A stretch of 64,000 nt of DNA from Candidatus Latescibacterota bacterium (GCA_965205485.1 OZ242180.1:2048001-2112000); one strand, 5' to 3'; positions 20,050 through 29,656 are shown, counted from the first letter of the stretch. Notes: a model not told the origin generated them from the sequence alone. A program made the numbers and translations.

Positions 20050-20551
20050 AGACAAGTCGGGTTTCACTCTATCAATGCATTTCACAACCGGCGACGGGGG
20101 GTACGGGGGGTTTTTCCGTGCCAATCCGTCCAGCGCATTTGTACTGATACAGCTGAAGGGTTGGCAGGCCGGCCAATTCCCATTTATGCCTCTGAGGTGA
20201 TTCACGGAAAAACCGGCCCGCTGCCGAAGGGCGCGCTTCTTTTTGGTCCTTCTTCCCGTGGCGCATAAGAAAAAGGACGTAAAAGAAAGAAAATAAAGGC
20301 GGATTTATGAAAAAAACTGATACGCAAATGACATACCTGTAGTTTGCCTGTCAATACGAAATCATGCCTACGGCGTGTTCCTTAAAAGCGGGGAGACGGA
20401 AGACGTAGTGGGTAGAGATCACCTGCCTTGTCAGGTTGTCCTCTCGTGCCGGAGGCAACGAGGAATCAAACATCGGGCAAGGATTTCCTCTCCCGTCTAC
20501 CCGGTTTTATCGCCAGGTAGAGCGTCTCACGTCTACCCGATTTTATCGATT

Positions 20552-21301
20552 CTACGGTTTTGACGCCATGTAGAGTGTGGCGAGGGTCAGCCGGCGTTCC
20601 ACCGCATCCTGAAACCCCGCCTGCGTCAAACGCATTCGAAATGCTTCTCCCTCCGGAAATCCCATAACGGACTCATAGAGATACCGGTACGCCAGAGGGT
20701 TCCGTGAAACAAGCCGGCCGATTCCGGGAAGGATGATTCTGAAATAGAAGAGGTAAACCCTGCTCAACAGGAACGCTCTGGGACGGGAAAACTCCAGAAT
20801 CAACAGGAACGCTCTGGGACGGGAAAACTCCAGAATCGCCAGCCGGCCGCCCGGGCGCAGCACACGGAGTATCTCGAGAAGGCCGGCGTTCAGGTCCGAA
20901 AAGTTCCGAACTCCGAAACCGATCGTTACCGCGTGAAACCGTGCATCGGGAAACGGCAGCCGTTGCGCGTCTCCCCGAAGCAGGTACAGCCGGCCGGATC
21001 TTCTCTTTCGCTTTCTGTTCCCGATCCGAAGCATTGGCAGTGAAAGGTCGGCGCCCACAACCCGCACCCCCGGGTCGCGCGCAGCCGCTTCGAGTCCCAG
21101 GTCGGCCGTTCCGGTTGCCAGATCCAGGATCCACCAGCCCGTTTCCGGATCCAGTGCGTCGACCGTCCAGCGCCGCCAGAGAATATCCACGCCGGCGCTC
21201 AACAGGTGGTTCAGCAGATCGTACGTGCCGGCAATACCGTCGAACATCTGACGAACGAAGGTCCGCCTGGCATCGCGTTCCTGATGGTCGGAACCCGCCA
21301 C
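20552..21301 (-). CDS. ubiE: UbiE/MenG C-methyltransferase carrying an in-frame 12-aa tandem duplication
   Basis: MFDGIAGTYDLLNHLLSAG, LDLATGTAD, GDAQRLPF, FGVRN, LRPGG, YRYLYES. Confidence 0.9.
   Translation of the reverse strand: MAGSDHQERDARRTFVRQMFDGIAGTYDLLNHLLSAGVDILWRRWTVDALDPETGWWILDLATGTADLGLEAAARDPGVRVVGADLSLPMLRIGNRKRKRRSGRLYLLRGDAQRLPFPDARFHAVTIGFGVRNFSDLNAGLLEILRVLRPGGRLAILEFSRPRAFLLILEFSRPRAFLLSRVYLFYFRIILPGIGRLVSRNPLAYRYLYESVMGFPEGEAFRMRLTQAGFQDAVERRLTLATLYMASKP
20764..20835. repeat. perfect 36-bp tandem duplication inside ubiE
   Basis: tcaacaggaacgctctgggacgggaaaactccagaa twice (20764-20799, 20800-20835), giving ILEFSRPRAFLL twice. Confidence 0.95.
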
Positions 21302-21303
21302 CG

Positions 21304-22170
21304 CTACGCCCGAAACCGGCCGATTGTCGCCTGCTTCATCACGTCGACGGGCGGATCGATACCCGTCCAGATGGCAAACGAACGCGCGCCCTGGTGCACA
21401 AGCATATCCAGGCCTCCATACGCCGGCGCTCCGGCGGATCGGAACTGACGCATCAGGAGCGTATCCAGCGGATTGAAAACCGTGTCGTAGAGTACCAGCT
21501 GCGGGTGTATCGCGTCTGTATCCGCCAGGGGCGTCCGCTCCACGTCCGGAACCATCCCCAGCGACGTTCCGTTCACGACCAGGCCGGCATCGGCGAATCG
21601 ACTCATCTGCGTGTCTTTCTTCAGGTCACCCGCGTCGATTGCCTTACCCGTTATGCGTTGCATATCACGCGCGAGGGCCTCAGCCCGGGCAACGGTCCGG
21701 TTGAGAATGCTCACTCGCCTCACTTCTTTCCGCGAGGCCAGCGCGTAAACCGCCGCCCGCGCAACGCCACCCGCGCCCAGGATCACGCAATGCTCCGGGA
21801 GCTCGGCGAGACCCGCGGTGCGCTCCAGGGCGGTGACCAATCCGTACACGTCGGTATTCTGCCCGACCAGCTCGCCGTCCCTGAGAGAAATCGTGTTCAC
21901 CGCGCCCACGGCCAGCGCTTCTTCCGAAATCCGGTCCAGGTGCGGCATCACCGCGGATTTGTGGGGAAGGGTAACGTTTAATCCCCGGATCTGCAGTGCG
22001 CGCATACCGTCAAGCGCCGGTTCAATCCCGTCCGGCAATACGTGAAAGGCGACGTAACAGTAATCGATCTCAAGAACGTCTATGGCCGCATTGTGCATGT
22101 CCGGAGAAAACGAGTGGGTGATGGGGTCGCCCATCACGCCCAGCAATCGCGTGGTCGAGACAATACCCAA
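21304..22170 (-). CDS. aroE: shikimate dehydrogenase
   Basis: GDPITHSFSP, GLNVTLPHK, GAVNT, NTDVYG, GAGGVARA, NRT, GLDMLVHQG. Confidence 0.95.
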   Translation of the reverse strand: MGIVSTTRLLGVMGDPITHSFSPDMHNAAIDVLEIDYCYVAFHVLPDGIEPALDGMRALQIRGLNVTLPHKSAVMPHLDRISEEALAVGAVNTISLRDGELVGQNTDVYGLVTALERTAGLAELPEHCVILGAGGVARAAVYALASRKEVRRVSILNRTVARAEALARDMQRITGKAIDAGDLKKDTQMSRFADAGLVVNGTSLGMVPDVERTPLADTDAIHPQLVLYDTVFNPLDTLLMRQFRSAGAPAYGGLDMLVHQGARSFAIWTGIDPPVDVMKQATIGRFRA

Positions 22171-22261
22171 AACAGACTCCTCTGGCCTGGTGCTCTGTTC
22201 CGGTTATCGCGCATTGCCAGCCGGAGTTCCTCCAAACCGAAACCGGCAACGCGTTGCTCGT

Positions 22262-22318
22262 CAGCCCGTCGAAAAGGCCCAACCGGCCTCGCCTGCAGAG
22301 CGATTTTATCAACGGGTC
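22262..22318 (-). mobile_element. MITE family A, minimal internally deleted copy
   Basis: cagcccgtcgaaaaggcccaaccgg joined directly to cctcgcctgcagagcgattttatcaacggg, i.e. both ends of family A with the middle removed. Confidence 0.75.
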
Positions 22319-22449
22319 AGGTCCGACACAAACTGGTCGGCAATGGCGAAACTCTCTTTCCACGAACAGTTGTAGGTGTACCGAATGAAGACCACGCCTC
22401 CCAGGAACACCAGCAACGCCAGAAGGAATAACCTGACAACCAGTCTCAT
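22309..22449 (-). CDS. unannotated 46-aa single-pass membrane protein
   Basis: MRLVVRLFLLALLVFLGGVVFIRYTYNCSWKESFAIADQFVSDLTR; AGGAGAG RBS before the ATG; same strand as the operon; below the ORF-track size cutoff. Confidence 0.7.
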   Translation of the reverse strand: MRLVVRLFLLALLVFLGGVVFIRYTYNCSWKESFAIADQFVSDLTR

Positions 22450-22542
22450 AAGGCTCTCCTCGTATCGAAGATTGACTCACGCCGCCTGCAACGGCCGGCT
22501 GCCGCCGCAGCGCAAGGCGGGCATCTGAATGTTGCGCAGGAA

Positions 22543-23847
22543 CTACGCTTTCTGTACCGACGCCAGCCGGTCCATCATCCCCAGATCCAAGGGCCCGGGA
22601 TTCCTGACGAGCGTGTCCCCCTCGCTGGCCAGCGCTGCCAGCCGGAGCGCCATGGACACGCGGGCGTCGCCGGCGGCATCGAGCTCGTCGCCTTGAGGTT
22701 GCCCCCCCTTCACAACCAGCCCGTCCGGCATCTCTCCCACTTGAATGTCCATCTTCCTCAGGTTCTCCACGAGAACCGAAATACAGTCAACCGGTCCAGT
22801 CCTCAATGCCCCGGCATCCCGTATTATGGTTTCGCCCCGGGAAACGGCGCCCGCGACCGCCACGAGTGGGAGCACGTCCCGCATCAGTCGCGCGTTCGCA
22901 CCCGCGATCCTTATGCCGCGCAGGTCGGACCCCCTGATCCGTAAGTTCCGGGCAGGGAAACCGGAATCCGTCCGGAAATGGGTCACATCCATAGCCACGT
23001 TCATCCTGCGCAGTATGTCCACGATCCTGCGGCTTCTCGAGTCCATTCCGAAATGCCTCAACGTCAAATCGGACTGTTTCAGCATCGCCGCAGCCAGGGC
23101 GAGAAACAACCCGGCGTCCGGACTTCCCGGCAACTCATGGGTAGCGGCGCGGAGCCGCACGGGTCCTTCCATCAACAACCGATAACCTCCGTCCTCCTTG
23201 ATCCGCTTCTTCTTCAGATCGCATCCCGCGGCCCGGAGCAACACTTCCAGATCGTCGTCCCCGCCGGTGTCCTGAAGGAGTTCTATCGGCCCATCCACAC
23301 CCAAACCGGCCATCAGCACGCCGCATTTTACCGCCAGGTCGGGACGTCCGACGCGGTAGGATCCGCCGGTCAGCCCCGATCCACCAACTCCGGCCGATAT
23401 CCCGTCCCCAACAGAAGTATCCACGTGCGCGCCCAGCGATCGAAGCGCCTCGGCAACCCGGTACACGCCGTCATCGGTCTGAACCCCGGAGAGCCTCGTT
23501 ACAAAAGGGGCGCTGGACAACAATCCCGCCAGACAGGAAAACAGAATAAGGGAACCGTCCACATTCAGCACATCGTCCGTCGACCGGAACGGCGCGCCGG
23601 TTACCGCAGCGGTCTCACCATCCCGCGCAACCATAATCCCGAGTTGCGACAGCAACTCACCGGTTCGCTCGACGTCGCGTCTTCGCGAACACCTGCGGAC
23701 TTCGGAAATCCCGTCGGCCGTGGACGCAAGGGCGAGGGCGATTATCGAAAGTTCAGCATCGCCGGGGAGGTCGGTAACCCCCTTGAGCCCGGGCGATGGC
23801 TTGATGGTGTCTTCGGAGACTATCGGACCCGTGAGTTCCAAATCCAC
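22543..23847 (-). CDS. EPSP synthase (AroA)-fold protein with degenerate active site
   Basis: 434 aa with AroA layout (LKGVTDLPGD.., GETIIRDA..LR, LRKMDIQVGEMPDGLVVKGG, GDARVSMA); catalytic motifs are substituted (see findings). Confidence 0.8.
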   Translation of the reverse strand: MDLELTGPIVSEDTIKPSPGLKGVTDLPGDAELSIIALALASTADGISEVRRCSRRRDVERTGELLSQLGIMVARDGETAAVTGAPFRSTDDVLNVDGSLILFSCLAGLLSSAPFVTRLSGVQTDDGVYRVAEALRSLGAHVDTSVGDGISAGVGGSGLTGGSYRVGRPDLAVKCGVLMAGLGVDGPIELLQDTGGDDDLEVLLRAAGCDLKKKRIKEDGGYRLLMEGPVRLRAATHELPGSPDAGLFLALAAAMLKQSDLTLRHFGMDSRSRRIVDILRRMNVAMDVTHFRTDSGFPARNLRIRGSDLRGIRIAGANARLMRDVLPLVAVAGAVSRGETIIRDAGALRTGPVDCISVLVENLRKMDIQVGEMPDGLVVKGGQPQGDELDAAGDARVSMALRLAALASEGDTLVRNPGPLDLGMMDRLASVQKA

Positions 23848-23852
23848 TTCTG

Positions 23853-24965
23853 CTACCTCATCCTGACGCGGTAGCCCGCCTTCGCCAGTACGTCAACGGC
23901 CCGTTCCGCGCACGAACGTGAATCGAACCCCATCCGAATGGTGCCCCCTTCCCCCTCGCGCACGTTCAGCACCTCGATGTCGTTTATGTTGATATTCTCT
24001 GCGGACAATGTCCGGGCGACGTGGGCAATCACACCCGGTCTGTCTTCCGCCAGCAGAAGGATTTCGTACAGTGGATGCAGGAATCCCTTGGAGTCCTTCG
24101 GGATCTGTCCGCGTATTCGATTCGCATAGGCAAATGCCTGTTCCAGACGGGCGCGGTCCACGGCCGAGCGAATTGCCGAAAGCGACTCCATATAAAGATC
24201 GATCATCTCGCGGATCGGGGCCGCGTTGGTATGGCAGATGTCCCGCCACATTTCATATGGACTGGAAGCAATGCGCGTCAGGTCCCGAAACCCCCCCGCC
24301 GCCATTTGAATCGGCAGTCCTTCGTCTTCCGTCATCCTTCCGACCATGGACACCAGGCTTGTGGCCATCATCTGCGGCAGGTGGCTTACCGCCGCCGCCG
24401 CGCGGTCGTGTTCCCGGGGCGTCATCTTCATCGGTCTGGCCCCGAATGCCCTTACGAGACGCGCGAGCTTTTCAACCACGATATCGGGCGTGTCCGGCGA
24501 CGGCGTCAACACATAAATCGCATTCTGAAAAAGGAACGGGTCCGCCGCGCTCACCCCTCGATGCTCGGAACCGGCCATCGGGTGCCCGCCGACAAAATGC
24601 GCGTCATCCCTTGCGTGGGCCGTCGCCGTGGAGACAATCGCGTGCTTGGTGCTGCCGACATCGGTCACGAGCGCATCCTGTCGCGCCGCTCCCAGCACCT
24701 CAGGCAGCATGTCCAGAATACGGACGATGGGCGTACACAGGAAAACCAGCGCCGCATCGCGAATCCCGGATTCGAGGTCCTCATAGCGATAGCCCGCGTC
24801 GATAACATCCAGCTCGAAGGCCGCGTCCAGGGTCTCCTGCCGGCTGATACCGACGATATGACTTCCAATGCCCAGACCCTTGAGCGCCAGCCCGAGCGAA
24901 CCGCCGATCAGCCCCACCCCGACAACTGCAATCGCATCGCGCGCAAAAGGAGGATCGTTGGCCAT
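23853..24965 (-). CDS. tyrA: prephenate/arogenate dehydrogenase with C-terminal ACT domain
   Basis: GVGLIGGS, TDVGSTK, GGHPMAGSE, HD...AAVSHLP, GGFRDLTRIASS; ACT EDRPGVIA..NININDI; ATG 24965 preferred over TTG 25043. Confidence 0.93.
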   Translation of the reverse strand: MANDPPFARDAIAVVGVGLIGGSLGLALKGLGIGSHIVGISRQETLDAAFELDVIDAGYRYEDLESGIRDAALVFLCTPIVRILDMLPEVLGAARQDALVTDVGSTKHAIVSTATAHARDDAHFVGGHPMAGSEHRGVSAADPFLFQNAIYVLTPSPDTPDIVVEKLARLVRAFGARPMKMTPREHDRAAAAVSHLPQMMATSLVSMVGRMTEDEGLPIQMAAGGFRDLTRIASSPYEMWRDICHTNAAPIREMIDLYMESLSAIRSAVDRARLEQAFAYANRIRGQIPKDSKGFLHPLYEILLLAEDRPGVIAHVARTLSAENININDIEVLNVREGEGGTIRMGFDSRSCAERAVDVLAKAGYRVRMR

Positions 24966-25043
24966 GCGGTCATCCTCGGAGGTCGAGGAGAATGCGCCCT
25001 CGGGACGTTGGGGTCCGTTTCTGTCTTCCGGTCCCGTTCGCAA

Positions 25044-26072
25044 TCATATCCCCTCGGCCAGTTCCTTTACGAACGCCTCGGTGTCTTCCCACCCCAGGCA
25101 CGGATCGGTAATGGATTTGCCGTACACGCCGTCATTGACGTCTTGCGCCCCCTCAACCAGATAGCTCTCCACCATCAATCCGCGGATCATGTCGTTCAGG
25201 AACGGCGAATTCTGCCGGCTGCGTATCACTTCCAAACCGATCCGCGGCTGTTCGCTGAACTGCTTGCCCGAGTTATTGTGATTCGTATCCACGACGATCG
25301 CGGCGTTGGCAAGCGGCCGCTGCCGATACAGTTCCGCCGCGTACATGAGGTCCTCGAAATGGTAATTCGGGATGCTGCGCCCGGTTACGTCCACGGCGCC
25401 GCGAAGCACGGCGTGCGTCATGGGATTGCCGTCGGTGCGTACCTCCCAGCCGTTATAGATGAAGACGTGCGGGATCTGGGAGGCATGAATTGCGTTCAGC
25501 ATAACCGAAAGATCTCCTCCCGTCGGGTTTTTCATTCCCACGGGAACGTCAACGCCGCTGCAGGTCAATCGGTGCTGCTGGTTTTCTACCGACCGGGCGC
25601 CCACGGCTATATAGCTCAGCAGGTCCTCGACGTACGGCAAATTGCCCGGATAGAGCATCTCGTCGGCCGCCGTCAGGTGGGATTCACGGACCGCCCGGAT
25701 GTGCATCTGACGGACCGCGTAAATGCCCTCGGACATGTCCGGCGCCTTTCGCGGGTCCGGCTGATGTCCCATGCCCTTGTATCCCTCGCCGGTTGTGCGG
25801 GGTTTGTTGGTATAGAGCCGGGGCACCAGAATGAGCGTTTCCCGGACGGTCTCCTGCAGTTTCGCCAACCGGGAGACGTATTCACATACGGCGTCTTCAT
25901 TGTGCGCGGAGCAGGGGCCGATCACCAGGAGAAACTTCCGGCTCCTGCGCGCGAAGACGTCGCGGATTTCCGCATCCCGCTGCTCCTTTATACCCTTCAG
26001 GTTCTTCGGAAGCGGCATCTTGTCCAGCACGGCTTCCGGGGTGGGTATCTTCATGTTTTTCGTGAATGCCAT
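25044..26072 (-). CDS. 3-deoxy-7-phosphoheptulonate (DAHP) synthase, class I-alpha
   Basis: IGPCSAH, KPRTTGEGYKG, VGARSVENQQHR, GMKNP, LRG, GLMVES, GKSITDPCLGW; isozyme (aroF/G/H) not assignable. Confidence 0.95.
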   Translation of the reverse strand: MAFTKNMKIPTPEAVLDKMPLPKNLKGIKEQRDAEIRDVFARRSRKFLLVIGPCSAHNEDAVCEYVSRLAKLQETVRETLILVPRLYTNKPRTTGEGYKGMGHQPDPRKAPDMSEGIYAVRQMHIRAVRESHLTAADEMLYPGNLPYVEDLLSYIAVGARSVENQQHRLTCSGVDVPVGMKNPTGGDLSVMLNAIHASQIPHVFIYNGWEVRTDGNPMTHAVLRGAVDVTGRSIPNYHFEDLMYAAELYRQRPLANAAIVVDTNHNNSGKQFSEQPRIGLEVIRSRQNSPFLNDMIRGLMVESYLVEGAQDVNDGVYGKSITDPCLGWEDTEAFVKELAEGI

Positions 26073-26141
26073 GCGCTGCCGACTCCGTGACTAACCTCGT
26101 TCTTCAAACGTGACGAAACGTCCCGACCGATCTCGAGCTAA

Positions 26142-26353
26142 GAAGCTGTTTTAAAATTACCGGTGAGTTCCCGAGCACGAGCGAAAAAGCGGCGGTTATG
26201 AGGCGCGAGGGGCGCGCAGCGCCGACGGGAGAATTCGCCCATATTTAATGTATCGTGGCTGCGCGCCCCTCGTCACTCTTGGGTGGATTTGCCCAACGCC
26301 GACCGGCGCTTTTGCAGCCGTGCGAAGACCGCTGGGAATTTTAAGACAGCTTC
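26142..26353 (+). mobile_element. MITE family B, 212-bp copy with 3-bp TAA target duplication
   Basis: TIRs gaagctgttttaaaatt / aattttaagacagcttc (1 mismatch), TAA on both flanks; internal 15-bp inverted repeat at 26206-26220 and 26258-26272. Confidence 0.85.
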
Positions 26354-26379
26354 TAAGGTTTAGAAAGGTTCGCCCCTGA

Positions 26380-26649
26380 TTAACTTTCCTGATTCTTCTG
26401 CATGAGGCGCCTGGACTCATCGATGATCTGCTGAAAGATACGTCGCACCGCCTCGTCGTCCGTGGGCCCCTCGTTCAGTTCAAGTATCCGGTTCAGGATC
26501 GACTTCTCACGTTCCGGCACGAAGATCGGTTGTTCGATAGCCTGCTTGATCCTGCCGATTTCCATGGCGCATTCGGCTCGTCGATTCAGAAGCTCCAGCA
26601 GCTTCTGGTCCAGGATGTCGATTTCCCTACGCCAGTCTTCAAGGTCCAT
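26380..26649 (-). CDS. monofunctional chorismate mutase (AroQ/CM_2 type)
   Basis: LEDWRREIDILDQKLLELLNRRA..IGRIK..PEREK..IF..II..SR..Q. Confidence 0.93.
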   Translation of the reverse strand: MDLEDWRREIDILDQKLLELLNRRAECAMEIGRIKQAIEQPIFVPEREKSILNRILELNEGPTDDEAVRRIFQQIIDESRRLMQKNQES

Positions 26650-27451
26650 CGGATGCTCCCTTCAGCGGTTGCACCAGTTCTTGGACGAATTCCCCGATGT
26701 GCGAAACGAGGTCCGGGTCGGTCTGCCGCTGTGCGATCCGCCGTACGATTGCGCTGCCAACCACGACCGCATCCGCGTATCCTGCAACCTCTCCGGACTG
26801 TTCGGGCGTTGAAATCCCGAATCCGACAGCTACCGGTTGCGAGGTGTGTCGCCGGATTGCCGCCACCCTTTCGCCCAGTGTTTCCTCCAGGCGGTCCCGC
26901 TCCCCGGTCACACCCGTGCGGGACACGTAATACACGAATCCGCTGGTGTGAGACGCGATCCGTCGAATGCGGTCCTCGCGGCTGGTGGGCGCGATGAGAA
27001 AAATCGTATCCAATCCCCGTTTCTCCATCAGACCCTTGTACTCCCCCGCCTCTTCCGGTGGAAGATCCAGCGCCAGAATGCCGTCCACCCCCGCTTCGGC
27101 CGCTCTGTCGACAAGCCGTTCGAGACCGAAACGGTGCATCGGATTGAAATACGTAAACAGGACAATGGGTATCTCGGACTCCAGGCGCAGTTCCGCCACC
27201 AGGTCCATGACGTCGCCGATGGAAACGCGATGCCTCAGCGCCCGCTGCGAGGCTGCCTGGATCTCAGGTCCGTCCGCCAGCGGATCGGAGAACGGTACGC
27301 CCAGCTCAAGTATGTCCACCCCGCGCCGTTCCAGCTCCGGTACGAGTTTCCGGGTGGTTGCCATATCCGGGTCTCCGGCCGTGATATAGGCGACAAACCC
27401 GGTCTTTCCCGCACTCTTCAACGCTTCGAACCGTCTCCCGATCCTCGTCAT
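26639..27451 (-). CDS. trpA: tryptophan synthase alpha chain
   Basis: YITAGDP, ELGVPFSDPLADGPEIQ, YYVSRTGVTG, VGFGIS, VVVGSA. Confidence 0.97.
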   Translation of the reverse strand: MTRIGRRFEALKSAGKTGFVAYITAGDPDMATTRKLVPELERRGVDILELGVPFSDPLADGPEIQAASQRALRHRVSIGDVMDLVAELRLESEIPIVLFTYFNPMHRFGLERLVDRAAEAGVDGILALDLPPEEAGEYKGLMEKRGLDTIFLIAPTSREDRIRRIASHTSGFVYYVSRTGVTGERDRLEETLGERVAAIRRHTSQPVAVGFGISTPEQSGEVAGYADAVVVGSAIVRRIAQRQTDPDLVSHIGEFVQELVQPLKGASDGP

Positions 27452-27473
27452 CAGGGCAACTCCATGTAACGAG

Positions 27474-28679
27474 CTAGTCCAGGTACTTCGCCGCCTGCTG
27501 TACGTCCTTGTCGCCGCGGCCTGAGAGATTCGCCACGATTATAGCATCCCTGTCCATTGCCGGCGCCGCTTTCGACACGTGCGCGATCGCGTGCGCGCTT
27601 TCCAGTGCTGGAATGATACCCTCCGTGCGACTCAACAGTTGAAACCCCTTCAGGGCTTCGTCGTCGGTTGCATACGCATACTCGATCCGGCCCTCATCCC
27701 GCAGGAGACAGTGCTCGGGGCCCACGCCGGAATAGTCCAGGCCTGCCGATACCGAATGGGTCAGTGCGATCTGCCCGTCCTCGTCCTGCAGGAGGTAGAT
27801 CCTCGCCCCGTGCAACACGCCGAGATCTCCTCCCTGAAACCGGGCGGCGTGGTCGCCGGAGGCAATGCCATGGCCTCCCGCTTCGACGCCGATCATGCGC
27901 ACGTCCGCATCGTCCAGAAACGCGTGAAACAGCCCCATCGAATTGCTGCCGCCGCCGACACATGCGATCAGACAGTCCGGCAACCGGCCTTCGGCCCGCA
28001 GGATCTGCGCGCGGGTCTCCACTCCGATCACCCGTTGAAAATCCCGTACGATCATAGGATACGGGTGAGGTCCCAGGACGGATCCGAAAATATAGAACGT
28101 ATCGTCCACGTTCGTCACCCAGTCCCGGATTGCCTCGTTGATCGCATCCTTGAGCGTCCTGCTTCCCGATTCCACGCCGGTTACTTTGGCGCCCAGGAGC
28201 CGCATCCGGAACACATTCAACGCCTGCCGGTCCATGTCCTCGGTGCCCATGTAAATCTCGCACTTCAGTCCGAACATCGCAGCTACGGTTGCCGTCGCCA
28301 CACCGTGCTGCCCGGCGCCCGTTTCGGCGATGATCCGTGTTTTTCCCATGCGCCTGGCAAGCAGAATCTGCCCCATCGTGTTGTTTATCTTGTGCGCGCC
28401 GGTGTGGGCGAGGTCCTCCCGTTTCAGATAGATTCTGGCCCCGCCCAGTTCTTCGGTCAGTCGCTGTGCGAAATAGAGTGACGTGGGCCTTCCGACAAAT
28501 TCCCTGAGATAACGGTCCAGTTCCTCGCGGAAATCCGGACGGTCCCTCGCGTCGCGGTAGGCTGATTCCAGGTCCTCGAGCAACGGCATCAACGTCTCCG
28601 GCACATAGCGCCCGCCGTAGGGTCCGAAGTGTCCCCTGGCATCGGGCCACGTCCGTGCGGCTTCATCTCTGTTGAGCAC
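27474..28679 (-). CDS. trpB: tryptophan synthase beta chain
   Basis: [62 protein letters not shown] start at 28679 overlaps the upstream TAG. Confidence 0.97.
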   Translation of the reverse strand: MLNRDEAARTWPDARGHFGPYGGRYVPETLMPLLEDLESAYRDARDRPDFREELDRYLREFVGRPTSLYFAQRLTEELGGARIYLKREDLAHTGAHKINNTMGQILLARRMGKTRIIAETGAGQHGVATATVAAMFGLKCEIYMGTEDMDRQALNVFRMRLLGAKVTGVESGSRTLKDAINEAIRDWVTNVDDTFYIFGSVLGPHPYPMIVRDFQRVIGVETRAQILRAEGRLPDCLIACVGGGSNSMGLFHAFLDDADVRMIGVEAGGHGIASGDHAARFQGGDLGVLHGARIYLLQDEDGQIALTHSVSAGLDYSGVGPEHCLLRDEGRIEYAYATDDEALKGFQLLSRTEGIIPALESAHAIAHVSKAAPAMDRDAIIVANLSGRGDKDVQQAAKYLD

Positions 28680-29656
28680 TAGATATCCCTCATCACCTGA
28701 TCGTAGAACGCCAGATAGCGGTCGCGGTCGTCCCCGTCCAGAAGCGCCATCGCCGAGCGGGGATGCTGGTTGTGCTGTCCCGTGATGTTGTACGGCACCA
28801 GGGGCCCCCACGTCAATTGCTCGCGCAATCCGACAAAGTGGGCTTCCAGCAGCTTGTAGACGGGTCGAATCTTGAATTTCGGATTGCGAAGGAAGCCGAG
28901 CAGCAGTTCGAGCGGGCAATTCCCGGCGCCGCGGCCAAGTCCGTCCACCGTGGCATCAACGCGGTTGGCGCCCAGGATAAGCGCTTCGATGGTATTGGCG
29001 AATGCCAGTTGCTGGTTGTTGTGCGCGTGAATGCCCACTTCCTTTCCCATTCCTTCGACGGCATCCATATACTTCCGGATGAGCATATCCACCTGCTCGC
29101 GGTACAATGCGCCGAAGCTGTCGACGACACAAATTGTACCCACCGGCGTTTCGACAAGGACCTCCAGCGCCTGATCGATCTCCACTTCCTGCACGGTCGA
29201 AATGGCCATGATGTTGCAGCTGGTTTCATATCCTTTCTCGTGGGCGTCGCAGAGCATTTCAACGGTCTCGGGAATCTGCTCGACGTAGCAGGCCACCCGT
29301 ACCATGCTGACCACGCTTTCGCTGGCCGGCAGGATATCTTCCGCCCAGTCGCTTTTGCCGGCATCGGCCATGATGGCAAGCTTCAGGCCGGTTGCTTCAG
29401 GGTCGTGGTCCCCCGTGATCCTGCGGATATCTTCTTCGTCGCTGTGCCGGAAGGCTCCGAATTGCTTTTTCGGAAACATCTCTTTGGAGTTCCGGTACCC
29501 GATTTCCATATAGTCGACGCCCGCGTCGACGCAGGTCTCATAAACTGCCTTTACGAAATCATTGGAAAACTGGTGGTCGTTCATCAATCCGCCGTCTCGA
29601 ATCGTACAGTCCAATACCTTGAGTTCCGGCCGATAGGTGATCCAGGGTGCTTTCAT
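28679..29656 (-). CDS. DRE-TIM metallolyase (HMGL-like / 4-hydroxy-2-oxovalerate aldolase-like), function unknown
   Basis: [38 protein letters not shown]. Confidence 0.88.
   Translation of the reverse strand: MKAPWITYRPELKVLDCTIRDGGLMNDHQFSNDFVKAVYETCVDAGVDYMEIGYRNSKEMFPKKQFGAFRHSDEEDIRRITGDHDPEATGLKLAIMADAGKSDWAEDILPASESVVSMVRVACYVEQIPETVEMLCDAHEKGYETSCNIMAISTVQEVEIDQALEVLVETPVGTICVVDSFGALYREQVDMLIRKYMDAVEGMGKEVGIHAHNNQQLAFANTIEALILGANRVDATVDGLGRGAGNCPLELLLGFLRNPKFKIRPVYKLLEAHFVGLREQLTWGPLVPYNITGQHNQHPRSAMALLDGDDRDRYLAFYDQVMRDI

Noticed and set aside
20494..20835. 36-bp periodic repeats as a CRISPR array
   Set aside because: Only two units in each case, no series of unique spacers, one set is inside ubiE, and no cas genes are in the window.
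24021..26090. Long antisense ORFs such as 24021-26090, 18542-20200, 32579-34216 and 9951-11471
   Set aside because: Shadow frames of well-supported genes in GC-rich DNA, with no recognisable motifs.
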